Shown one piece after another: positions 1 to 12,102 of a DNA stretch of 64,000 nucleotides (the first letter of the stretch is position 1; every line of letters starts with the position of its first letter). The notes beneath the pieces are model-generated. The model had not been told where the DNA came from. It worked only from the letters and a program-made list of their open reading frames with translations, and searched no databases. The DNA is from Mobula hypostoma. Taxonomy: Eukaryota. The stretch is taken from positions 77,068,001-77,132,000 of the forward strand of contig NC_086108.1 of the NCBI RefSeq assembly GCF_963921235.1, in the 5' to 3' direction. A program made the position numbers and the translations under genes.

Positions 1-204
1 GTCTCTCTGTTGAGTAGTACAAGAGGCAGGGGGAGTGGGGGTGGAGAGAGAGAGTAAAATCTTGAAAGGGTAATGGAATGGGCAGATACGAGCCAAATCC
101 AGTTATATATAGATAAAATGAAGAAAAAACATTTGGCATAAGAAGTGGCAAAAGAAATTGTAAAGTACTGGATTCCAGTATTTAAAGATGATTCAGAAAC
201 ACCG

Positions 205-430
205 AGGAAATAGAAGCTGGAGTAGGCCATATGATTTCTCAAATCTACTCCACCATTCAATAAGGTAATGTCCATTTTCTTGCCGAATCCACATATCTGC
301 TGAACTTCCTGGGGATGTTCAACTATTTTATCAATCTCAGCTTTCAATATACTCAATTATCGATCTCTAAGGTGAGACAACAGCTTTTCACCAACCATTT
401 TACCAATCCCTGTCATCTACCCTTCTGTGA
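205..430 (-). mobile_element. Degenerate CR1-type LINE 3' tail
   Basis: gaaatagaagctggagtaggccat...tctactccaccattcaataag matches the CR1 3' tails at 14346, 33510 and 55412. Confidence 0.55.
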
Positions 431-643
431 GATTATCAGTCATTCATTTATACTCCAATGCAAATGAGCTTGTCTTTAATCATTAAACAATACTTTCATC
501 ATGGGAATGAAATTAACATGTATATAATTTCTTAGATAAAAAGAAATGCACTGTTTGTTTTTACTAAACCTCAAATCTTGAGGAAGTTTAATCTTAAATG
601 TGGCCTTAAGTATATAAAGGCCAAGCATTCAAAGGGCACACCC

Positions 644-742
644 CAATTAACAGCACTGATGATGACTCCTTGTATGGTGATGAAACGTTTGCAATTAACA
701 GCACTGATGATGACTCCTTGTATGGTGATGAAACGTTTGCAA
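644..742 (+). repeat. Perfect 48-bp tandem duplication; each unit holds a hammerhead-like core (probable PLE terminal region)
   Basis: caattaacagcactgatgatgactccttgtatggtgatgaaacgtttg at 644-691 and 692-739. Each unit reads gca-CTGATGA...GAAA-cg-TT-tgc. Confidence 0.85.
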
Positions 743-1173
743 GTAAATTGCCAAGATCTGAGAACCACTCAATCCAACCAGTTGTATATCTCTTTGCATC
801 TTCTGTAGGTGATTTTCCAACCTGGCTTTATAAGATCAATGCACATAAGTCGCAATTTCCCATGTTATCTATCATGAATGGAAGTTCTAAATAGCAAATA
901 TCCTTGAAATAATACTTGTAGCCGCCTTTGAGTAGCAGTCATCCTGCCTAAAATGACGCATTTATTCTGTCCTTTCAGATAGTCTTTCATGCTGGTTAAT
1001 ATCTAAACTCCATACTTTCCCAACCATGTAAGCTCCTTTAGTTTATATAAAGCACTTGTTTGGCACCCTGCACAGATTCATTTTGATGTACTAAACAGTG
1101 CCTTGAAAAAGTAACACACATCAAAGTTGCTGGTGGACGCAGCAGGCCAGGCAGCATCTCTAGGAAGAGGTAC

Positions 1174-1209
1174 AGTCGACGTTTCAGGCCGAGACCCTTC
1201 GTCAGGACT
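1174..1209 (-). ncRNA. Minimal type-I hammerhead ribozyme motif in the PLE terminal region
   Basis: Minus strand reads AGUC-CUGACGA-AGG GUCUCGG CCU-GAAA-CG-UC-GACU: stem I AGUC/GACU, intact core, stem II, palindromic stem III (ACGU), GUC cleavage triplet. Confidence 0.85.
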
Positions 1210-1507
1210 AACTGAAGGAAAAGTTAGTAAGAGATTTGAAAGTGGGAGGGGGAGGGGGAAGGGGAGATCCAAAATGATAGGAGAAGACAGGAGGGGGAGG
1301 GATGGAGCCAAGAGCTGGACAGGTGATTGACAAAGGGGATATGAGAGGATCATGGGACAGGAGGTCCAGGGAGAAAGACAAAGGGGGGGAACCCAGAGGA
1401 TGGGCAAGGGGTATAGTCAGAGGGACAGAAGGAGAAAAAGGAGAGTGAGAGAAAGAATGTGTGTATATAAATAAATAACGGATAGGGTATGAGGGGGAGG
1501 TGGGGCG

Positions 1508-2863
1508 TTAGCGGAAGTTAGAGAAGTCAGTGTTCATGCCATCAGGTTGGAAGCTACCCAGACGGAATATAAGGTGTTGTTCCTCCAACCTGAGTGTGGC
1601 TTCATCTTTACAGTAGAGGAGGCCGTGGATAGACATACCAGAATGGGAATGGGATGTGGAATTAAAATGTGTGGCCACTGGGAGATCCTGCTTTCTCTGG
1701 TGGACAGAGCATAGGTGTTCAGCAAAGCGGTCTTCCAGTCTGCGTCGGGTCTCGCCAATATATAGAAGGCCACATCGGGAGCACCAGACGCAGTATATCA
1801 CCCCAGCCGACTCAGGTGAAGTGTCGCCTCACCTGGAAGGACTGTCTGGGGACCTGAATGGTGGCAAGGGAGAAAGTGTAAGGGCATGCGTAGCACTTGT
1901 TCCGCTTACAAGGATAAGTGCCAGGAGGGAGATCAGTGGGGAGGGATGGGGGGGACGAATGGACAAGGGAGTTGCATAGGGAGCGATCCTTGCGGAAAGC
2001 AGAGTGGGGGGGGGAGGGAAAGATGTGCTTAGTGGTGGGATCCCGTTGGAGGTGGCAGAAGTTACGGAGAATATTATGTTGGACCCGGAGGCTGGTGGGG
2101 TGGTAGGTGAGGACCAGGGGAACCCTATTCCTAGTGGGGTGGCGGGAGGATGGAGTGAGAGCAGATGTGCGTGAAATGGGGGAGATGCGTTTGAGAGCAG
2201 AGTTGATGGTGGAGGAAGGGAAGCCCCTTTCTTTAAAAAAGGAGGACATCTCCCTCATCCTGGAATGAAAAGCCTCATCCTGAGAGCAGATGCGGCGAAG
2301 AAGGAGGAATTGCGAGAAGGGGATGGCATTTTTGCAAGAGGCAGGGTGGGAGGAGGAATAGTCCAGATAGCTGTGAGAGTCGGTAGGCTTATAGTAGACA
2401 TCAGTGAATAACCTGTCTCCAGAGATAGAGACGGAAAGATCTAGAAAGGGGAGGGAGGTGTCGGAAATGGACCAGATAAACTTGAGGGCAGGGTGAAAGT
2501 TGGAGGCAAAGTTAATAAAGTCAACGAGCTCAGCATGTGTGCAGGAAGCAGCGCCAATGCAGTCGTCGATGTAGCGAAGGAGAAGTGAGGGACAGATACC
2601 AGAATAGGTACGGAACATAGATTATTCCACAAAGCCAACAAAAAGGCAGGCATAGCTAGGACCCATACGGGTGCCCATAGCTACACCTTTAGTTTGGAGG
2701 AAGTGGGAGGAGCCAAAGGAGAAATTATTAAGAGTAAGGACTAATTCCGCTAGACGGAGCAGAGTGGTGGTAGAGGGGAACTGATTAGATCTGGAATCCA
2801 AAAAGAAGCGTAGAGCTTTGAGACCTTCCTGATGGGGGATGGAAGTATATCGGGACTGGACAT
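1508..2863 (-). pseudogene. PLE reverse transcriptase + GIY-YIG endonuclease, disrupted
   Basis: ORFs 2622-2957 (part), 1812-2618 and 1508-1801 join into one polyprotein. One in-frame TAA at 2622-2624 and one frameshift near 1812. Confidence 0.92.
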
Positions 2864-3212
2864 CCTTGAAAAGTACTTGGCTCCCACAACCATTTTCCCA
2901 TTGTCTAAATTTAAAATATATTAAAGTATGATTATTTTGAGCTAATCTACAAAACATTTGATTTGGTATGATGCATAAAGGGAAATTCCAAAGCTTGTCA
3001 ACAATCTTCTAAGAATTAAAAGCCAAAATTCTGAGGCTGAAAAAGTATTAATTCGCTTTGCTATACTAATTTTCCTCAGGTACAATATTGTATATTACCT
3101 TACCAACTCAACCAATTTGTTGAATTAGAAAACAGGAGGATGACCTGAGCAAGTACCCCCTTCGCTCTGTAAGGTCCAATAGTATGGTAGATTTTGAACA
3201 GATCAAACCAAA

Positions 3213-4330
3213 ATGAAGACAAAAGAACATTCAAGGCACGTCAGGGAAATGATAATAGAGAAGCACAATTCTGGGGAAGTGTACAAGACTATCTCAAAGG
3301 CACTGAGTGTACGTTGGAGCTCAGTGCAGTCCATCATGAAAAGGTGTGAAACCACAGCCACTCTAACCCATGCTAAGTTGAGCATCGAGCTAGCAACTTG
3401 GTCTCGTAAAACACTCAAACGCTAAAGAAACAGGAAGGTTGCCACCTGATGCGCCTGAAGGCATGGGGAAGAACTATGAACACAGCCACGCTGCCTAGGT
3501 CAGGCCACCTCTCTAAACATAGTTGCTGGAGAAGAGTGGAGTGGCATATGTAAGGGAGGCTACTGTGACAGCAACAGTCACTCTGAGTGAGCAGCAGATG
3601 CCAATGGCTGCAACTGGAGGTGAAGTTCAAGACCTCAGAATCTCTTAAGGCCTTGCGCAAATAGGGTATTTATGAAAGAATGGCAAGTAAGAAGACCGAG
3701 CTAAAAAAGAAAGCATATCCTTGCCTGTAAAGACTTTGCCAAGTGTCTCTTAGAAGAGATTGTAAAGATGTGGAAGAAGACCTTGTGGTTGGATGAGACT
3801 TTTTGGCCTCAACACTACGTGGTACGTGTGTTGTAAATCTAACACTGCGCAACCACTAGGTAATACCATCCGTATGGTGGAGGTTGCACCATGCTATAGG
3901 GAGGCTTTTCAGCATCAGGGACTGGAAATCTGGTTGATTTCCATCATCAGATGAATGCTGCTAAATAGAGAGAGATCCTGGATTAAATAAAGACCTGCTA
4001 GCCTCTGCCAGAAAGTTTAAACTGAGGAGGAAGTTAGTTTTTCAGCAGGACGATGACTCAAAGCACACTGGGAGAGCAACCATGGAGTGGCTTCAAATGA
4101 AGAAAATTGATGTCCTTGAATGGCCCAGTCAGAGTCCTGACTTTAACCTGATGGAACATCCCTGGCAAGACCTCAAAATTGCTGTCTACTGCCACTCCCC
4201 AACTAACCTGGCATAGCTTGAGCAGTTTTGCAAGGAGGAATTAGCAAATCTTGCTCCATCATGTTCTGCAAAACTAATAGATACATCCAAAAAAAAACTA
4301 TAATAGTAGCTGCAAGAGGTTGTTCAACTA
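3213..4330 (+). pseudogene. Tc1 transposase remnant
   Basis: N-terminus MKTKEHSRHVREMIIEKHNSGEVYKTISKAL. Catalytic segment FQQD-(34 aa)-E contains WPSQSPDFNLME near 4040-4160. Multiple frameshifts. Confidence 0.9.
3362..3474 (+). mobile_element. Short RTE-related SINE fragment inside the Tc1 transposase
   Basis: Flanked by imperfect duplication tgaaaccacagccac / tgaacacagccac. Internal gagctagcaac...gtaaaac resembles the element at 45775-46197. Confidence 0.6.
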
Positions 4331-4654
4331 ATTACTGAGCAAAGGGGGATGAGTAGTTTTGAACTGCTGACATTTCAGGTTTTGAATTTTTAGTTTTTCA
4401 TGCTTTACTATTTCCAGTTTTTTTGGCTCTACTGTATGTGGGGTGGAGGAGAGGAGCATGTAATTCACAAAGAAAAGTTCAGTGAAATGAATCAGAATCC
4501 CTGGTTGTAATACTCATTAATGTGAACCAAAAGTTGGAGGCTGAATACTTTTACAAGGCACTGTATGCTCAAGTTCTCTCTTGTCTGCCCCGTAATTAGA
4601 TCCTTACTGCAGAGAGAAAAATATCACAGGTATGTTTCTGGGTTGGGAGCCCAA

Positions 4655-4980
4655 GTTATAAGTTATATGAAAAGACTGGATAGGCTAGGGTTTTTCCCCC
4701 TCAAAGCATAATAGGCTGGTGGGTGATTTTTTTAAGACCTTATAAAATCATGAGGGGTGTAGATAAAGTGAATAGTCACAGTCCTTTTCCCAGAGTAGGG
4801 GATTCTAAAACCAGATGGCATAGATTTTAGTCTGAGAGAGGAAAGATTTAAAGGAGATGTGAGGTGCTTATTTTTTACACAGAGGGTCGTGGGTATATGA
4901 AATGAGGTGCCAGAGGAAATAGTGACGGGTGCAGTTACCACATTTAAATAAAACATTTGGACTGGTACATGGATAGGAAA
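4655..4980 (+). mobile_element. CR1 LINE 3' fragment
   Basis: Similar to the CR1 ORF2 C-terminus at 21350-21680 (tataaaatcatgaggggtgtagata...ttttacacagagggt). Confidence 0.8.
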
Positions 4981-7900
4981 CACCTTCTGATGATGTTAAT
5001 GGTCAAACTATTTGTAGAAATTATTTGTAGTACATGCAAATAATTTCTAGATTTTCTTGGAATATGAAAGATCATACATCTTTGCCTTAAATCCAGTAGT
5101 CTCTAAGAAAACACTAAATTGGAAGAAAACAATACTAATGCAAAGTACTATACAGCTCCACCCCCCCCCCCCCCCCATTTTGTGTGTTTAATGAGATTTG
5201 GTAGCAAGGTTTATCATAACAGATCTCTTTTTGTTCTGTCAACTCCAGTGATAGCAATGGCTGGGAGGAAACATGCATTTTGAACTAATTTAATTGAAAG
5301 CAGCGAAGGATGACAGTTTAGGCTGTGAACCGGCATGAAAACCAAAGCATATCCTGAAATAATTTGTTTCTTTTTCAAATTATCATGATATGAAAATGTA
5401 TACTGACAATTATTTACAGAAAAGAACTCCAAATGCCTCTTGCTTGAAGTGATAATGTGCAGAAGAATGATCAGAAGGAGAAATGAAAAATATCCGGTTT
5501 GTTCTTTCCTAAGTGTTGTAACCTGGAGAAAATTTGAAATTATGGCATTTTTCACCATTCTAGGAGTTAAAACAAATGTAAAAACTCAGTGGTGATGTCT
5601 AAGGATTCAATGGCCAATAAGCATATTTCAAATCAATGTCAAAGGAGGAGAAGTAAGAAATTATTAATAGTTGATATTCAATGTTTAATTCTAAGTACTT
5701 CTTTTATTGCAGGGTGCCAAAAAGCTGTGTCCACAGTGCAACACAATCACATCCCCTGGAGATCTCAGGCGTGTCTATTTGTGAAGAAGTAGGATATGGA
5801 AGAGAGGCCACAGTTATCCTGAGGTCTAGTTAGACACAATGCCTCGCAGCAGGAAGAGGACCATGGACATTTGTGGGGTAGCACCAAAAAAAGTGTACAA
5901 ATATTCCATTTTTGTTTTTCTCTTAAATGTTTGGAAGAAGAGAGGCAACCCATCCAGGAGGAAAACTTGGTAATCCTGTTAGTTGTACTTTATAAAAAAA
6001 AAGGATCCCCAATACCCATCCGAGTTTTATCAGATGATTGATGCTCTGTGCTTATACACAAGCTCCTCCCTAATTCTGGTTCTGGAAGCTACGTCTGCTA
6101 GAAGACATTCTGGGCTGTACATTGTGAATGGACCTGTACTGTGTTCTATTGTGGTGTTATAGTGACAAAAAAAGATGAAGCACATGTAATATAAATTATG
6201 TATGTTTACACCATTGATTGTGTATAAATGGAATAGACTTATGAACAGTGCATACTAATAAGTCCTTAATAATTTTGAGAGAAAAAAAGAAAAGCGATAC
6301 GCATTAAACTTTCAGTAATTTTTACCCGACTGCCTAAGATTGAAGTATCTGGAGCTGTTGGTTAAAAATGAATCTGGTTTAATGAATAATTTGTGGTGTA
6401 TATTTCTCATTCAGAGTAAAGGAACAGCTTTGGTAATGGCTGTAATAATACCCATAACTTAAATGCTAAATGATGTAGACAAGTTGGCTTGTCTTAGTTA
6501 TAACAAATGGGCTGCTTGTACTAGAAGCCTGACCCATTTTAAATATCAGGCGGCCGCAGCAACAGTCCACTGAGGGAAAAATAGGCTGAGCCCCATGTAG
6601 CGGCCACAGTCCACTCCCTGAACTGTAAGCTGTGTTTGTTCTTGTGGACCAGCGTTGTGCTGTGTGTCTCAGTTGTACCAGAATATGTAACCAGTTATAA
6701 TGTTTGTTCTTCATGTGAAAATTCCTGGAATATACTCAAGAATTTGAAGGTAGATTTTGAAAGGGATGCAGAGCTTTTGTGATTCGTGGTTGCCTGCAAC
6801 AATTTGGCATCACTGCCCCTCTCAAACATGGTAACTGAATTGGCTTCATCCACTGTTTCTGAAAATCTTTCCAGTGTTACCAATTGTTAAAGTTTGTACA
6901 GCCCATCATTATACGTCTCCCAGTTTTAGTGTTGTGTCTTGTTAATAAGGTGGTTAGACTTTGGTTCCTAATTCTCTTCTGTATCACATTTATGCTACAT
7001 TCTGGGACGATCACAAAAACGTGCAGCTTGTAATTTCATATAAAATGCTTGGCTCCTAAGGAACCAATCATAAAACAAGTGGAGCCATTAAAATCCACTC
7101 AATTCTTTACAGAAACACTTGTGGGCTATGACAACCCACAGGTCTAAAAAGAGACAAAAATATTACTGATTTATTGTAGAAAATGACCTTTGATGTAAAA
7201 GGAATCTCCTGGCCAGAGAGGGCTATATGATAAAATTTAAATGTAACAACCGTTTTGACGTTGGTTGGACATAGTTGCAATTCCTTACAATTTTAGTTCC
7301 TTTTTTTTCTCTTTAATGACCAGTTGCTGTTTTGATGTTTCCAGACATCCCATAAACGCTGGACTTTTTTTTTAAACAACTATTGCCACAGTTCATGTAA
7401 TATGGCTTTAATGAACAAAGCTTGAAATATCCATTAACACACTGGCATTTGCTAATAAAATATTCAGAGTCCTTGCAAAATAAATTGTGGTTGTCTGTGC
7501 CAGTACAGAAGCAAATTATTTAATTATAAGGTATTTTCTGGTTTGCACTCTGTGTGTTGTTTATTCTGAGGAATTAAAAATCATGGGGTCTATTTTAAAC
7601 AATTACAAACAGATATTAGACTATTGTTTGCCTAAAAATACTAACAAGTGTCAAATCTGGACATTCCATGGCATAGAATTGTAAATAACCATTTAAATTT
7701 GGGTGGTATTTTGAGCAATCAAACAAGATAAAATTCTCTTTGATTGTTAAATGCTGAGGGTATGAAGTTAAATAACAGCAGTAGTGTTGAGCTAGAAACT
7801 CCATATGAAACTGCTGTTAAAACTGATAGCAATGTACAACCTACCAGACAACCCACCTGATCCTCATTGATGGCGTTATCAAGGTTTGTGAATGCAAATA

Positions 7901-10900
7901 CTGAAGAAGAAAGAAGTGCAATCTTCACAATGGGTTTGTGATGCCATTTATTTTGTGAAACACATAGATTATGCCTAGTTTTATTCATTGTCATTGTTTC
8001 TCCTTACTATAGCCCAAAATAGTGAGCTTTATCGGGGGAAGCAGCAAATGGGTTATTCGAGTAGTTTAAAAATAATAGAAGTAGCATTCTTGGAATGGTA
8101 GTGATGACTTGGAAAGAAGAACAATTCATAACTACCCATGAATGAGCTAAATTAACAACAATAAATTGGCAGCATCGTCAAGTAATTTTCATTTAGGTTT
8201 TTTGACAAGTGTTTGGGCCTTTAGGCTCATAACATTTGCTGTTTGTTTTTGCTAAATGAAAATGCTGCCTCATAAGTTTCTTTCATTCCATTTCATAAGG
8301 TACTACAAATGAAGATATTCATGAGGCAAAATAAATAACAGTAAGAAATGCTGCTTTTCATGTCCTCCATTGAGTTCCTTTCATGCAAAACCTTGTCCTT
8401 TTATTATTTCCATAATCTGTTTTACACAGATTTTTGTGAATGATTCACTAATGAGAATTATGGCCAGATGTTTGAATACTCTTTCCAGTGATACTTGAGA
8501 ATCGGGTGTCTGCCCACAGATTTTTATTTTCTTTTACCTTTCTGCACTATTCCTTTGAAACTATTGATGAGGAGCTATGTGAAAGTAACATTGCAACTAG
8601 TCCTAAGATTTCTCCTCCATCCGTGCAATGAAGAATCTTGCACTATTTTTCAGTCCCTGTTCTAGCCAGAGCCAGTATGAAAGCAAGAACTTATCAAGTA
8701 AAGAAAGTCATCCTTATCATCCAGTTTTCTTTTAATCCCTGTTTTAGACAGATAAAGCAGAAGTGTTGCTTCGCCATTTTTCAAATTTGTTGAAGATGGA
8801 ATACAAGTTGACAGAATGAAAATGGTTATATAATTTTCTGTATGTAACTTTCTAGTTTCAGAATATGTGTTGTGAACATCCACAAGTTAATTTAATCATC
8901 TGGTGTTTGTTGCATATAAGTTGGTTATTGTACTCAATTCTTACAGACTATGCTGATTTTGTTTACCACCTTGATTGAACTTCTCAGTGTTAGTAAGGGG
9001 CTGAAAGTTGGATAAAGTTGAAAGGAGCTGATATACTAAGAAAAGATATATTAGTTGGAGCTTTTTTTCCTTCCTTGTTTGGTTTTCTTTATTGAAACTC
9101 TTCTCTGCAAGTGTTTCTTTCCATCTTTTATGATGGTGCATCTGTTTGTGGTGTCACTGCTAACAAAATCGCATTAAGCTTTCTGCTATTTAAGGTAGAA
9201 TTGTCCTTTACAATTTAAGACACTTACGTATAACATCCAATTCAGGCTGCAGATCTAATGGCACTGCTGAATTCCATTGCGTTTCAAAAATCTTTTCTAG
9301 CCAGGCGTGTTATGATGCTTGTCGAATCTGTCAAAATGCTTTCCTCATTGGTCTGCAATCAGCATTCAGAAGACTTGATTCCAATGATCATGAAGAAGGA
9401 TTTAACTGTATTAATTCCTCATTAGCACCATATTTCTGAAGAACTGCAAAATTTCCCAATCCATTCAGTACCAGACTGGTAAACAATCAGGCGAAGTGAG
9501 TCATTTTAAGAGGCAGATGTCCCTTGGAGAAGCATTGGCAAACCTGATGTGGAGTTACTTGTCAAGATACTGATATGCCTTAATCTGCACTTGCAGCTAT
9601 TTCCTCCCTTCTCTTTAACAATCCCCCATCCCAAAAAAGTGGGCAAAGTGAAATAAATTCAATCCCACTTTTGTGCCAACTACTCAAGAGCATGACTAAA
9701 TCAAAATGCCAGGTTATACGGATGCAGAATAAAACAGTCCCCACACTACCTCTCATCGTTTGCTCTTCCCTGGATGTACATGACATTTAATAAAGGTACA
9801 TTCATGTGGGGCTATGTTTCATAACAAGCATCTTCTGCAGTTCTTCTAACAGTGAAATGAACTGGTGACATTAGTGTGTGTAGACAATAATTATTTTCCA
9901 TAAAGTTGATTTAATAATTCTTATGTCCAGAATAATGGCAAAAGAACTTCAATCAGAGTATGGCATGGTATGTTGAGTTTGGATTGAGATGAGATGGTTC
10001 TACCACAAGAGTAATATTCTCTGCCGAGATGTGATCTCTACTCCTCTGTCCCATTTTGTTTTGGATCCACAGGCAACATCACATGACAAAAGTCAAGTAT
10101 CCATTAACTATAATTTGGTTTGCTAACACAATTTGGAAAATATGTATTTTTTCCTATCTTGTCGCATCGCCCTGAAGCAAATGGTTCATGGCGTGGGAAT
10201 TTGGTTACTATGGGGAGGTTTAGGGTGGAAGCTGGGATTGCTGAACTAATTATGTGCTCAGGTTGGGGTTTCATACATTTTCCTAATGACATACAAGGTC
10301 ATTCAGTCCTTTGAATCTATGCCAGCTTTTGGAGCAATTCCATCACTCCCACTCCCCCACTTTCCTGCAGCCCAGATTGCCTCTCCATATTAATGCATTG
10401 ATTTTCCAGTGCACCAACAATAATATCTTTACTTTGATTCCTGTTTAATATTGAAATTCTGCTTGAGTCCCAATTAAATGCTGGAACCTTAGCGAGAGGT
10501 GACTTCATGAAGCTCAGGATGTAACAGCATGTGCGAGGATTCTGAAGATCTAACAATAGAAATGAACTGTGGAATGAGCAAAATAAGGCCAAAGATGTAA
10601 CAAGTTAGAACTGCATTTTTATGAGTGCTTCCTTCCTTCCCGCCTCCCCCACTGAACATTTAAACAGCAGGACTGCATTGTGGGTAGAAAAGGATACTGT
10701 AAGGTTGAGTGATTTAACCACCTTCTGTCTGGTTTGCAAATGTAAAATTGATGCATTCTGTGCTTGACGTTGGCATAGACCAAAAGCCTTTTATTGTAGA
10801 ATTTGCGCTTTGTGTCTCCGTGTGAAGCCTGTACCTTAAAGTATTGGATTTCTGAGTCTTGCTGTTGAAATACTTGTAAAGAAAATAATAAATTTTTTGT

Positions 10901-12102
10901 AACTCACCATATATAAAGGAGTAATGAGAGATTCTTTGTATGGTTGAAGACCCATTGCAAAACATTTTTGTTTACTGTCAGCAGAAACAAGTGAACTTGG
11001 AGTTACAGTACTTCTCATTTATAGGTAATGTACACTTCTGTTTATTTATCATAGCGAAATGTCAGTTCACTTCACGACAGTACATAGACAAAATCGACTC
11101 TGAATTAGAAACAGTCATTTCAAGGAAGGCAACCAACAGTGTAGTAAAAACAAGTTTCAAAAAGTACTTTAATGGTGGATAGGGGCACACAAAAGGGTTT
11201 AGGGAGGAATCTCCAGAGCGTAGTCCTTTATACACCGTAGAGGAAAGCAGGGTATAAAATGGCAAAATTTGACATCAGAAATGAGTATTTTAACACTTGT
11301 GGGTTTGCATTAAGGAGAAAATGAAATTTGTCCTGTTAGAAGCTATAATTGAAATACGTAAATACAACAAACCAATCGTTATGAAATTGCTCTGAAATGG
11401 TCCACGACCTGTGTATTGGATGGTGCTGTCAGCTGCTAATTCACTCGTGATGTGAGCTTCAGTATTCAGCTCTTAACAGGCCACCTGTTTACTGAATGAA
11501 TAGGCTTGGCCGACTGCCCATTTAATTCTGCAAAAAAAATGGTAATCAGCCCAAACACAAATGCAGCCCTGGTACAGAATTTAGGGGGAAAACAATACAC
11601 CAGTTTCACTTCACTCTTCCAGACTGCCATTATAAGATAGAGCTGGATATTCAATGGAAAAAATGCATAATTATTATTCAATCTGCTAAGCGTGTTCAAA
11701 ATAGAACTCCTGTAACATATGTGATTCGAAGATTATGCTGTTAAATAGTGAGCACCTCTGATTAACAATGGATTTCAAGTAATGGCCCCTTTGTCATTCT
11801 GCAATTTTCTTTTCCAGATTGTATGATGACTCAGTTTTCTTCTGATCTTGGATACCGATATTGTGATGTTTTTGTTAGTGCTGATGTTTTGGGTAAAAAT
11901 TGATGAAAATACAGTGGATTAGGTAGAGGCCAGTCCAGTAGTTGTTACTGCTCATCGGAGTCATTAGTAATGTAGTCCTTTGCTCAGACAATGATATATT
12001 TCAATAAACCCCAATGCTTGGACAAAGAATTCTGTGTCTCCCTGAGCCAACAGGAGGTTCAAGTAAGACAATACTTCAAGTGTTTTTGTTAAAAAATAAG
12101 GT

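Larger units (their letters stand above)
1114..2863 (-). mobile_element. Penelope-like retroelement, 5'-truncated, young copy
   Basis: RT motifs DVQSRYTSIPHQEG, QTKGVAMGTRMGPSYA and YIDD, plus GIY-YIG IYCVWCSRCGLLYIGET. Flanked by TSD ccttgaaaa(a)gta at 1101-1113 and 2864-2875. Confidence 0.95.
1096..4563 (+). mobile_element. Tc1-family DNA transposon (DD34E), decayed; left TIR split by a PLE insertion
   Basis: Left TIR cagtgccttgaaaaagta (1096-1113) resumes at 2864. Right TIR tacttttacaaggcactg ends at 4563 and is followed by TA. Transposase remnants lie between. Confidence 0.92.

Noticed and set aside
644..742. CRISPR-like direct repeats
   Set aside because: Two abutting identical units with no spacers or cas genes, in a eukaryotic context.
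5161..5176. Poly-C run (also poly-G near 13885-13899) as a functional G-quadruplex
   Set aside because: Simple homopolymers with no supporting context.
9301..9500. Possible exon after tcttttctag
   Set aside because: All frames stop before a plausible donor and the peptides are unrecognised.
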